Assembly (NCBI RefSeq): GCF_009914755.1 | Contig: NC_060928.1 | Length of the DNA: 64,000 bases | Source: the human T2T-CHM13v2.0 reference genome, Homo sapiens | Direction: 5' to 3' (one strand) | Shown: positions 41,250-53,470 of the stretch, one piece after another | Layout of the letters: each line of letters opens with the position of its first letter | Position numbering within the stretch: position 1 is the first letter of the stretch | Program-made: the position numbers and the translations under genes | Notes under the pieces: generated by a model | Told to the model about the DNA's origin: nothing | What the model saw: only the letters and a program-made list of their open reading frames with translations | Databases searched by the model: none

Positions 41250-43641
41250 GGAATGTTTGTTTAAATTTATTTGTTTAATTGACAATAATTGCACATATTT
41301 ATGGGGTACATAGTGATGTTATACATATAATGTATGTATATGTGATGCATATAATGTATAGGAATCAGATTAAGGTTATTAGCATATCCATCATCTCAAA
41401 TAGTTGTCATTTCTTTGTGTTGGGAACATTCATATGTTCCTTCTAGCTACTTGAAACTAAATAATATATTATTGTTAGCTATAGCCATCCTACTGTTATG
41501 TCAACAAAAGGGAAATTCCTTTAATGTCCCAGCCCTGAGCCAGTGCAAGGGCAACTCACATTAGCAGCTGGGATGTCCAGGAACAGGAAGTTTCAGAGGG
41601 CCAGGTTCAGACACAGTGCCCACTTCAAAGCCTGGGAAATCAAAGATTTCCCAGGCCTGGTGGTCTGGGCATCTCTCTTTTCTCTTGCAGAGGTGGCAAA
41701 ACTCGACCTCTGTCCTCTTAGGGTCCTACCTGGGCCCAAGAATTAAATTGATGTAAGACAGGTTAACGGGAGAAAAGCATACAAATTTATTTAATACATG
41801 TTTTACAGGACATAAGAGCCCATATGGGAAAAGAGCCCATATAGGGAAAAGAAGACCCAAGGATGCAGTGAGAGTCAATCGCTTCTATACTGGTTGCACA
41901 AAGGACAGTAGTTTTGAAAAGGCAGCTAAATTATGTGGGGAGGTTTAAAATAGAAGAATTACTTGAACAAGGTCTATACAGAATTCTCTCAGTTCCAATT
42001 TCTCATCATTGATAGGGAGAATGGTATTCCTTCTGTGACAGGGAGGCCATCTCCCATGTGGGAATTTCATCTCCTGCTGTTAAGACACAGAATTAAGATC
42101 AGAGTGACCTCTTCATATCTGATGTTTTTAAAATATCTGTAATTCAAATAGTCAATATGCCAGAGCAGCACATTTTGATGGCATAATTCTTAACCTCTTC
42201 ACTCTCTTCCTCTTGGAGATTGCATGTAGCCTCCTAAGAGTACGAAGTTTAACTCTACCATAAGTAAAGTATAAAAATGGCTTCCTTTCCTCACTCCAAG
42301 AGACTCCAGGCCCAAAAGATAACTCCAGAAAGTGAGGAACTAGAGCATAGGCCAGAACCTGCTTCTTTTCCATCTCCCCTGCAATAATCAAACACTCTCT
42401 AAGGTACAGTCAAAGAAAGAATGCAAAGGATGAAAGAATTTACAGACAGGTCTGTCTGTTTGGGCTTTTCTCATAAAATGTGGCCATCAAAATGTCATAA
42501 CGGGAGTCACGGCCAGGCTTGACTTCTAATGATGAGAAAAGTTAGATAATGCCCTTCTTTGTGCTTTTCACAAAAGCAGGGAGATCTCTTGGGAGAAAAA
42601 GGATTTATCCTTCTTTTTCTTCTTTAGATATACAAAGAGACATCTGGGGACAGGGAGTGGCCCAGGGAGGAGTTGGACATCAGAATTTAGATTGCAAAAA
42701 GGAACACTGGGGAGGGCTGACTTGGTTAGTTTGCTTTAATTACTAGCAGTCAAAGAGCAACTCACAATGGTTTGCACCATTAGGAAAAGTGATTATTACA
42801 CACACCAAAAAAAATCCCAAGGAAGAGGGACTCCAGGGAAGAGGCTTGTCAATTCAGTGGCTAAGGATGTCCTCATGGACCATCTTTCCACTTTCTGCTG
42901 TGCTTCTTCAGCACATCACCTTCATCCCCATGCTATTTCCTCTCAAGGTAGCTGTATTAGTCGGCTAGAACTGCAGTAATAAAGTGCCACAACTGGGTAG
43001 CTTAAATAACAAAAATGTATTGTCTCACAGTTGTGGAGGCTGGAAGTCCAAGATTCAGGTGTGCACAGGATTGGTTCCTTCTTAGGGCTGCGAGAGAGAA
43101 TTCATTCCATACCTCTCTCCCAGATTCTGATGATTTGCTGGCAATTGTTGACATTGTAGATGCATCACCACGATCTCTGCCTTCATCTTTACATGGTGTA
43201 GCTAGTATTCAAATTTCTCTTTTTAATAAGAATACCAGTCATACTAGATCAGGAACCCACTCTACTCCAGTATGAGCTCATCTTAACAAATTACATTTGC
43301 AATGACTCTATTTCCAAATAAGGTCACATTCTGAAATACTGGGGATTAGAACTCAAACATGTCGTTTTTCGGGGCGAGCGGGGAGGGCGGCGGGGAACAC
43401 AATTAGAAACAAAACAGTAGCAAAATGGCTGCTCCAGGTGTCACACCTACAAACAAAGTCCCTAGAAAGAAGAGGCTGTATCTTCCTTACTCCTTTTGAG
43501 AAACTTCACAGCACACACAGCATCACGTCTCAATGGTCATAACTATGTCATATGCCAACCTCTAACCAATCACTGTTGAAGGTGCTGGTATTGCAGAGAT
43601 GTGGAGGTGAAATACTCCAGATAATGAAATTACTACCTTGC
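41250..43641 (-). other. SLC39A8: SLC39A8 alternative distal terminal exon (codes A-R-stop, then a TE-rich 3' UTR)
   Basis: Acceptor CCTTCTCTTTGTCTGTCAG/GCA AGG TAG at 43641; AATAAA at 41266-41271; completes a 444-aa isoform whose C-terminus matches my recollection of an annotated variant; 3' end approximate. Confidence 0.7.
42954..43410 (-). mobile_element. MLT1 (MaLR) LTR
   Basis: TGTATTAGTC ... GGAGGCTGGAAGTCCAAGAT ... TTTCCAAATAAGGTCACATTCTGA. Confidence 0.85.
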
Positions 43642-46600
43642 CTGACAGACAAAGAGAAGGAACATAGTAAAGTTTTAAGCATGTGAGTTACCATGTTTCC
43701 GTAATCTTTCAGTCCTCTAAGTTGTTAGCTTTTCTCCTTTTTCCTAATCACATCTATTAGCTTTTTTAGAATACATGTTCATTGAAGAAAATTGGAAAGC
43801 ATTAAAAATAATATATTTTGAATAATTCAAAAATCCCACCAAGACTTCTTCTAATTTCCCTTCTAATTTACCGGTAAGTACGTGTTTATTGAAAAAAATT
43901 GAGACAATATTAACATTTTACAAAGAACCAATTTAAAATGATTCATAATCCCATCGAGATATCCCCTACTAATGTACTAGAAAATATTTTCCCATATGTA
44001 TATGTTATATATACATACATACATATATAACAAAAAGTGTGGCTATAGTGTGCGTACCGCTGAGTAGCCTGCCTTTCTTCAGTTAGTATTAATTTGATTG
44101 TTTGCATTTCCTTTCTGCTTGTGGTAATGTTATTAATCACAACTATCTGGAACACCTTACCCCCAACACATATTTACACTCTACAGTTCTCTTTTGGTAT
44201 CATTAATTGCAAAAGAGTTCCAGCTCAAGTTAAACCACAGGAAAAGGCTCTTGGTTCCAGTCATGGGAGGAGAGAAGAGGTCTGATCAGAAATGAATTCG
44301 ACGTTATTCATTAAACCCAAGTCAAACAGTCAAATGTTTCCTCCTTTGTGAAGTATTTTTCACTGACTCCTCCTCCAACCTAAGGAGAATTCTCCCATTT
44401 GTGCACAATTACTATTGAGCTGACTGTCCATGTTCTCTAACATAACACTCTGATTTGTGATATCATTGGTTTTCCACATGCCATGATACCCTTGAGAGCA
44501 GAGATGAGCTCTGATCTATCTTTATATCTCCAGGCCTAGCATCAGTAGACATTGAATATGTGTTTTATTGAACAAATGAATTCATTCATTCATTCACAGA
44601 AGAACAAGCTCAGAATTTTTTTCCTTATTCTCTACCATAGTTCCCTACAATGGTTTATCATAATTTCAAAAAGAGGCAAAGTTTGAACAATTAATTTTTA
44701 AGTATTATTTGGAAGAAAGTGAAATATAATTATTTCAACACTAACCTAGATATTATGCTTACATATCAGTGAGGCATGTGCCTTAAAAAGCCAGATGTCT
44801 GTAAAAATCAAATAATAACTTGACAACCAGGTGATGGTTGCTAGGAAACTGCATTTTTCTGTGAAAACATGATGTATGAAGTGTAGCCTAGATTCATATC
44901 CTACATTAAACATCTTCCTTGGAGTTATCTATGAAGTCTGATTTTGCATGGCTTGTCAAGGTATATAAGTTATTCCCTCAGTTATCCTGCTCCTGCTCTT
45001 AAAAATCATATGGTTCTATACATAGAATATTATTTCAACACCATTATTTGTTCTGAACTCAAGGTTGTTTAGGTTATAGATTGAGGCCCCTTTTGGCTCC
45101 AAAACTTTTCAGTGGCATCAAATGTTAGTTACCCTCTCATAGTTGTCACTGAGGAACAACCTTCACTTTTGATGTATTAATTGTGCTAAGTGAAAAAAAG
45201 TAAAATATGTACAATGTTTCTATGTATTCCAAAGTGAAATAAAAATAAATAGAAATTATCCATGAGTTTTGAAAGATTTTTGCTCACCACTACTGGAACA
45301 TAATAGAGATTTTACTATACTCTGCCTAGGAAGTTGACTCCTGACATTGATAGTGAAGTTCCAGAAAGTGCTGAGGAACTTTGCTAAATTCAAGAGCTGG
45401 GAATTTTGTTTGAAATAAATATCTCAATATTTAACTGCTGTATTAATTAGAAAAATTGTATTGCAAGAAACAGAAACCCAAATCAAATTAGTTAAAGCCA
45501 AAAAGGACATACTGAGATACTAGAATAACTTGGGTAACTTACAAAATTGAAGGAACTAAAGAAAAATAACTGAAAAGTACTAAGGATGTCAGGAACTAGA
45601 ACCAAAGACAACACAACTCTCTCCAATCAGTCCCCATAGCTTCTACTGTTTTCTCAGCATCCATCTCATTTTCCCGGGTTTCTCCTTGTGCCAGGAACAT
45701 GACCACCAGAAGCTCTGGGGTCAAATACAAGAGGCAAGAGTTTTGGCTCTCCACATCCTTAGAAGTTTCTGTGTAAAGATTACAATTGACCCAGACTGGG
45801 TGACTTGCCCAGCTTGTGGCAAATGGGTGAGGTTAAGTGCATTGGTTGACAATCTCCAGTAGGGGTTGGGAGAAACCAGTTTCTAAAAGGAAGAGTGAAG
45901 CTTTTACATGGACAAGGGCAGAAGTCAAGGTATGCAGAAACAATCAACAGAAGTGCATTACTCCAAACATATCCAGCAATGATTTTAATACCACTTTCAC
46001 CAGTTTTGTCACCACAAAGTGACAGGACAACCCAGCTCCTAACTTATACAATGTCATCTTTATGACTATTCTAAAATGCTTTGAACTTTTTCATCTTAAA
46101 ACACCAAAGGATCGCTATGACAGCGCAGGTGCTTTTTCTCACGTGCATCCTTCTACGAAATGCTTAGACATGAATTCTGAGGCTTACTTTTCACAAATTA
46201 AAAGATTTTTTCATGGAAACACAAAAGATACAAAAAGTAGAAAGATCCATATGAAGCACCTTCCTCCACAGTTTCTAAGCTTCTAAAATCAATGTTTCCC
46301 AGTTCATTAACAAGCTCGTACATAATTATTAGAGTAACACCATTAAGGTTAGCACATACAATGACTCCCAAAGAAAAAACATTGTCTATTTATAAGCATT
46401 GCTGTGAATGGGTGGAACGTCTCAGCAATACAGTCACAAGCAGCAGTCCCGGTGTTCTCACTCAGATATTCCACGTAGCACTTCATAGTATGCTTTAAGT
46501 GAGGGAATGTGACCTATAGATACATCTACACGAGAAGGATTCCCATAAGGCATAAACTGTTCAATAAACAATCATAAAAATATATTCATTCTTCCCTATC

Positions 46601-47365
46601 TAGAAATCTATGTCTTTATTTAAAAATACGTGATGATTCATGCTTAAGGACGTGTTGTTGGACAGTTGGTTACAGTCTTTTATCTAGTCAAAAGATTCTT
46701 ATCTGCCAGAAATGTGATAAGTCCACTTATAACTAGTCTCTCAAAACATCCTAGATATTTTTCTCTGTATGCATAGTTAATCATACAAATTAATCTAACC
46801 TAATGCCATCTTGTTACCCTAAAATGTTTAATGATAATGGCTTATCATCTTTCATCCCCATAAATTTTCTCCTTGCTTTCAGTGAGCAGCAACTTCACTC
46901 CCATATACGCACTTGTTGTGTATTCCTTCTCCTGCCAAATTCACACAGTCACCTCCTCTTCCAGGATAAGACGTTTACTGCTGATAATCACAGCCACAGG
47001 GGAAACAAAGAACTGCCATGCTCAAATGAGGGTAAGGTGAGGCAGGTCCATTAATTTACAAAGGGACTGATTACAAACATGCAAGTGGGGTGCAGGGAAA
47101 CCACAGGTGATGCTACATGAACGCAGGGCTGAAGACAGTAGAGCTGTTACTACCCCTAGGCCAAAGGGACAGAGAGATAGTGGGCACCAAAACCAAAGGA
47201 GGGGAATCTACAGGCAGGTGCTGGCCCAGCAACAGTTTTTTAGATGAACTAGGTACGGAAATTGAGAATAAGCATTTATAAACTTCAACAGTAATCCCAA
47301 AGAATAATTGTGTCTAATAAAAAATGAGGTTTATCTAATAATAAAAATGGGGTTGGATTTTCTAT

Positions 47366-47530
47366 GTCTTTTTTTTTTTTTCCAAGATGGAGTCTTGCTC
47401 TGTTACCCATGCTAGAGTGCAGTGGCATTATCTCGGCTCACTGCAACCTCTGCCTCCCGGGTTCAATTCTCCTGCCTCAGCCTCCTGAATAACTGGGATT
47501 ACAGGTGTCCGCCACCACCCCCAGCTAATT
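47366..47530 (-). mobile_element. Alu right-arm fragment
   Basis: Poly-T, GATGGAGTCTTGCTCTG ... CCAGCTAATT. Confidence 0.88.
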
Positions 47531-48309
47531 TATTTATTTATTTTTAATTGTATTTCATTTTTCTAGTAATTTCTTTGAATTCTATCTATTTACAGAAGTG
47601 CCAGCTATTGATAAATTGGAAATAAGGAAAACAAGCTGGGCCTTAGCCACAGATATTGTAAGAAGCTTTTCTGTAGAGAAGGCCTTCTTGGGCAAAACAG
47701 GCAGCCCAAGGATACCCAGTAGGAGGATAGTCAAGGAAATTGATACTCTATCCTTCCTCTCTTCACTTCCTCCAGTCTCTTGTCGAAGTTCTCCATTTGG
47801 CTATACCCACTGAGGTCCATGTGGGTCAGTCTCTGGAGGCAAAAAGCAGGATACAGAAGGGTGGAGAGTGGATCCCCATCCTGTACAGTTGAAAAGTCTA
47901 TGTCCCCAACATTGCAAATGCACGAAGTCCCATCACCACAGAGTGATGTCATTTAGTCACGGAGTAATGTCTCCCTGTGCCACTTACCAACTTACTAACA
48001 CTGAACTCCAAATTCACTCTAAATACATGCTCTGTCATAATGAACAGAATTCCTTTAGCACCCATCCTTTACAGTGAGCATGATATTGAGCTGTCTCAGT
48101 AGAGGGCGCTGGAGGGATACTGCAACAGGAAAGGGCTCTCCTGCTGTTTGCAGCTGCTGCAAGAGGTCAGCAGTGTGGGTGGGAGGGCTTTTGTCATGCT
48201 CTTCCCTGGCTGCATCCCTGAGCATGGGGTTCCTTTGCAACTTCTCAGCTGCAGCCTGGCCTAGCATTAAAAATAGAACCCATTACACAGGTTTGTTGTA
48301 AGTAAGTGT

Positions 48310-48462
48310 TTTTTGTTTTTTGTTTTTTTTTTTGAGACGGAGTCTTGCTTTGTCACCCAGGCTGGAGTGCAGTGGCGCGATCTCGGCTCACTGCAAGCTC
48401 CGCCTCCCTGATTAACACCATTCTCCTGCCTCAGCCTCCCGAGTAGCTGGGACTACAGGTGT
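48310..48462 (-). mobile_element. 5'-truncated AluY-type fragment
   Basis: GAGACGGAGTCTTGC ... GCAAGCTCCGCC ... GGGACTACAGG. Confidence 0.88.
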
Positions 48463-49665
48463 GTGTAAGTACTAATTTTTAAAGGGCAGATATAATCAGT
48501 ATATTAACATGCAGTTCTCACAGGGGTAACTAAAAACAACTTTTAATTTTATTCCTCACTGTCTGCTTGGGAGTGAAGGACTGGCTAGCCCTTCTCCTAC
48601 CCCTGGATGAAACTTGGGGTGGCACAATGGCTGTTCTCACACAGGACTTTGGAGGGAATATAAAATCCTACAATTACTTCAAGACACAAACATAGTCTCA
48701 AGTCAGTTATTGAAAATGTCCAATCCAATGCATCAATCAGTAATTCAATTTGTATTCAAAGGTAAGACTTCTGGGAAGGAATCCTTCTCTTTTATTTCCT
48801 TACTCCCCACTGTTCACTAATTGGCTTTTGGCCCTTCCAGGGTTAAGTGCTCAGATGAAGGAAAGAAAAGGGGATAAAAAAGTTCATACTTGACAGATAC
48901 TGTCAAAATGTTGCTTAATGCTGTCTGTCTGACAGATGCTTAAGACTAACCTTTCTTTTATAGACACTTTTGGGATTCTTCAGAGGGGTTCCTGCCAAGT
49001 GATGTATTCTAGTTCTCCAATTGCCCCACATGACTTAGTCCTTGGTTTTCCAGAAGTTCACTCAGTACTGACCTTCTTCTATTTTCAAGATAGTACCCCT
49101 CTTACACAAGATTTTAAATTGTTCCAAACCAGAACTTACACACCACTCGGCTCACACTAGACCATGGGAATATTCGTCTACCTTTTATCCCAACAAACTC
49201 TACGACTGAAGGTCAAGCTGGGGTAGCAACAACTCTCCTCACTTCACCTGCAAAAGCACTTGCCAGACCTCCTCTGAGCCTCTCTACAGACACCACCCGC
49301 AGTGTCTGTGAGGTCTGCTAATGGAGCTTGCCACAAAATACAGACTGAAACAAGTTTTATAAACTTCCTCAGCTTTTTGAGAGAGGGAAGAATTTCCCAT
49401 TTGAATTCTTCCAAGGAGATTTCCCCCTGTACTCATAACTTTTCATCTTTATTTTTCTTTCCTATGACCCCTAAGCAAACATCCTGTTGGTGACCATAAG
49501 CTTGGCAATAAATTATCCACGTGTTGCCTCACTGGGGTTTTACTACCAGTTGGTCTATACTGTTGTGGGAATAACATGCACAGTCACTGCAGAAGGAATT
49601 AAGCCATTGTATAAACTTTAAAACATGCAAGCCCACCCATTAAAATTGTTCCTTGTTATTCTTAC

Positions 49666-49725
49666 CGTATATATCCAAAGTAAATGAAGTTGAGATTTGA
49701 TGTCATCAGTAGCCCATTTGATTAT
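49666..49725 (-). CDS. SLC39A8: SLC39A8 alternative 60-nt exon (IIKWATDDIKSQLHLLWIYT)
   Basis: Acceptor TTCTTGTAG/ATA, donor ACG/GTAAGA; 20 open codons, in phase with the internal donor AAG/GTAACT at 53371. Confidence 0.78.
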
Positions 49726-49746
49726 CTACAAGAATCAGATAACAAA

Positions 49747-49952
49747 CTGGTATTATGGGGGAGAGATATAAATAGGAAATCAGTGATGTGCTCAAACTGT
49801 AAATCTAGCCCCGCCATGGCTTATTTCTATACCAGTTGCTTAGCATGGCCAACCCGAAAGTCAACGATTTTAATAGTCCCTGAATAGTATTATGATGATC
49901 TCTGGTTACTTAGTAGGGCCCTACCTAGCAGACTGTTTCTGCTTTACCACAT
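49747..49952. repeat. Inverted repeat, left arm (206 bp)
   Basis: Reverse complement matches 51618-51822 with 7 substitutions and 1 indel (manual alignment). Confidence 0.95.
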
Positions 49953-51617
49953 TTGGATGTCAGATCCAACTTTTCTTGCACTGACTGGCTGTAATAACCC
50001 ATATGGGGCAGGGGGAGAAATAAGTGGTTTTTTAAATTTACTTTTGCCAGTATGTGTTAATAGTACTTAGTTTCATAATTCTGGATGTGGCTCCAGTAAT
50101 CAGAAGAGCTTTAAACAGAAAGATCAAAGTCCATAGAAAAGAGTTTTGTTTCCGTTTCCTTAGAATATAGATCATCCTGTGAAAAACATAGGATTTCTTC
50201 AAGGTAAATAAATAGTACTCACAGGAGGCTAAGGCAGAGAAACTATAATGACAAGTAGTTCAAGTGTGTAAAGAAAAATACTGGTTATTAGGAAAGACTG
50301 CTCAGATGGGCCAGTATAATTAAAATAGTTAAAGTGACAAGGGATTGATCTGAAACAAGTCATGAGAATCCCTACAAAAAGCAGTTCCCTAAACTGGCTG
50401 CATAAGAACCATCTGGAGTAATAAGCTTACGAATTAAACTGATACAAGCCTGTCTGTACCTGAGACAGCCGATATCCAGTCTGGGCTTCTTTTCAGTAAG
50501 AGAATTCTGATTTTATTGCTGGTAATGTATCCAGCTAAAAGCAATGTTTCTCAGCTTCTCCTGAAGATTGGTATGGCCATGTGACTAATTCTGGTCATTG
50601 AATACAAGTGGAGATTATTGGCTATTACTTCTGAAAAGGCTCTTTAAAGAGGGAGGAAGAGCTGAGTTTGAACTTTTTGCCTTTCTACCCATTCCTCCTT
50701 CTATGTAGAATTTAGACCTTAAGGCTGAATCTGTAGCAACCATCTTAGAGCATGAAGCAATCTTGAAGGTGGGAGTCACAAGTTAAAGATGGCAGAGCTA
50801 ATGGATTAAAGGAGTCTGGGTTCCCAGCCACCATGGGACTGCCATGCCAACCCTGCACTGCTCCTTCCACACTTGTTTTATAAGAAGGAAAGTAAACCTA
50901 ACATAGATAATCCTGTTACTATACACCATCAAATCCTAAACACAGTGCTACTGGCATTTTCTTAGCCTTACCAGATTGCAACAGATGATTTTCATTTTCA
51001 GGCAAGTATAACTACCTCCACAATGCTACCCAGCTGTCAGTGATTACAGCATACCATTTGGGGAAATGCATGTCTTAGAATTAATGAAACAGGTATTTAG
51101 AGTCTTCAGTTTATCCAGCTGCCTTAGCTTGCCTGAAATCTTACTAGTAAACTCACTGATTCTGGGACCATCCAGAAGCTGGAAATTCCCAATGTGGAAG
51201 AGAAATGGCCATGAGAGAATGCCTTGTGCATACCTGGCACAGAAAGGAAGCTAAGGAAAAGCAATCCAACACAGACATTGCCACCCACAGTTGTATGGAA
51301 GGCAAAGTATCAGTGAGAAAGAAGCTGTAGTAACATCAGTGTTGGAGAATCTTTATTTATTATAGGGTTAACCTCTTGTACCGTAATGGACCTTAAATGA
51401 GCACAGAAGTCTGGTCTCCAAAGTGAGACCTAAAGGAAGATGATGCCAACCAGAGCATGGAGGACAGACTGGAAGTTTTCCCCTGGCACAGGCCATCAGT
51501 AATCAGCTGTTGATATGCCTATGTTAATTGTCTGGTAAACTCGTGGTGCTGTTTTGGCTCTTCTCAACTAGTTCACTTTTTAAAAATTTAAGCACCTCAT
51601 TAAAGAAACCCTTTTAG

Positions 51618-51822
51618 ATGTGGTAAAGCGAAACAGTCTACTAGGTAGGGCCCTACTAAGTAACGAGAGATCATCATAATACTATTCAGAGACTATTAAA
51701 ATCGTCGACTCTTGGGTTGGCCATGCTAAGCAACTGGTATAGAAATAAGCCATGGCGGGGTTAGATTTACAGTTTGAGCACATCACTGATTTCCTATTTA
51801 TATCTCTCCCCCATAATACCAG
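51618..51822. repeat. Inverted repeat, right arm (205 bp)
   Basis: Reverse complement of 49747-49952. Confidence 0.95.
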
Positions 51823-51854
51823 ATACATGGTAGTCACTCAACAGGACAAATATT

Positions 51855-51898
51855 AAATAACAAATGACACAATACATGGTTTCAAAAGGGTGTTTACT
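51855..51898 (-). terminator. SLC39A8: SLC39A8 proximal (canonical) polyadenylation site
   Basis: Variant signal AGTAAA (51893-51898), CA near 51877, then GU/U-rich TGTATTGTGTCATTTGTTATTT. Confidence 0.65.
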
Positions 51899-53254
51899 AT
51901 TTGGCCAAACAATATTTTTTAATTGTCAGTCATAAAGTGAAATACATACTAAAATATATATTAAATATTCACCAAATCTGCATTGCTGCTACATGAAAAC
52001 ATTTTTTGGTCTGTTGGAAAATGTAATTCCTGAGATCATTGTTGGGCTTTGTCAATCATTTTCCTCACCATCAAATCACCTTAAGTGACTTGGGAGTGTG
52101 AATCTAGGATGTTCAATTTTAGACCAATTTTCTCTATCTTCTAAATGAGTAAACAGGCTCTGTCTTTTATAAAAGGTAGAAAAATAACCATGGTGTGCTA
52201 ATTTTTTTCAAGGTATACCATATGGAAAAGTATAGGCTGAACACAAAGGAAGTCTTTTCTGAATGGCTCTCGATCACACATAAGGAACATATGTTTTCCA
52301 GTTAATCTGTCCTTGATGTACAGCAGTCCAGCTGTTGTTTTGCATTTATTAAAATATTCTCTGCTAAATAGTTATGTTTGTCTTTAAAAGTAAATTGCAT
52401 AAAATTACATCCAATTTCTTTCTCTAAACCAACATATTCTTCACCTTCACAAAGCAAACACATGGTGCACTGAAACCGAGGTGTTACCAGCTTTACATAC
52501 TGTTCTGCCATTTGTGAGGGGTGCAACCACAACATAAGTCAGAAAAAAAGCTATCCAGCTTTTCGTGGAATCTGGTGAAGTTTATACTTAGCGATAAGCC
52601 TCTAAGCCTGAACTTAGCAGGGCTAGCAAAACTTTATTTATTTCCTAACTCCTATTATTTTAGAATGGTTTTCAAAATAATACTGCAAGTTCCTAATTGA
52701 AATACAAAACAGAACAAAAAGCTGTGAGAAATCTTTTTTTTCTTTGGCTCCTTAAAGACTTGGAATAATTTATATTAGTGTTGCATACATTTTACCTTCT
52801 ACATTTTGATGTACTTGCTCTTGAAAGCACTAGAACAAATTAATTGAAATAAAACCTCTCTGAAACCATTTGAATCTTTGATCCTACCATAGAGTTTTAA
52901 AGGCTTTCAGGATATAACTTGTATTTTCCCCTGAGTCTGAGTGTCTACATGATTATAGAATGCATGTCTCTTGCTTCATGGTGATATCTAATATGCATGG
53001 AATACTGAAAAATAGGTATTTCCCAAAGGCTCCTATATACCAGGCATCTCAGACTGACACTGAAAACCTTTTGAAGCATTTTTAACAACAAATAATGGAC
53101 TATTTCACAGACTGATGCCAATAATTAGTTTTCTGGACCTACAGTTGAAAGCAAAATTATCTTTTTAACTAAATAGGATCAGCTTCAAAATCCTTTTTGG
53201 AGATGTTTTTATCTATTAAATGCCTTTATTAACAACACCATCTTCCATTTTCTA
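51877..53254 (-). other. SLC39A8: SLC39A8 canonical 3' UTR (AU-rich, no recognisable repeats)
   Basis: Lies between the TAA stop and the inferred poly(A) site. Confidence 0.75.
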
Positions 53255-53404
<150 letters not shown>

Positions 53405-53470
53405 CTAGAAGACAGATATATTGTTAGATAACTGTTGCCATCTTGTGGCAAACCACAAAACAGTCACTTA

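Noticed and set aside
44837-44849. RFX X-box-like GTTGCTAGGAAAC (also GTCTCCATGGTAAC near 9025)
   Set aside because: Isolated motifs without promoter context; function cannot be supported from sequence alone
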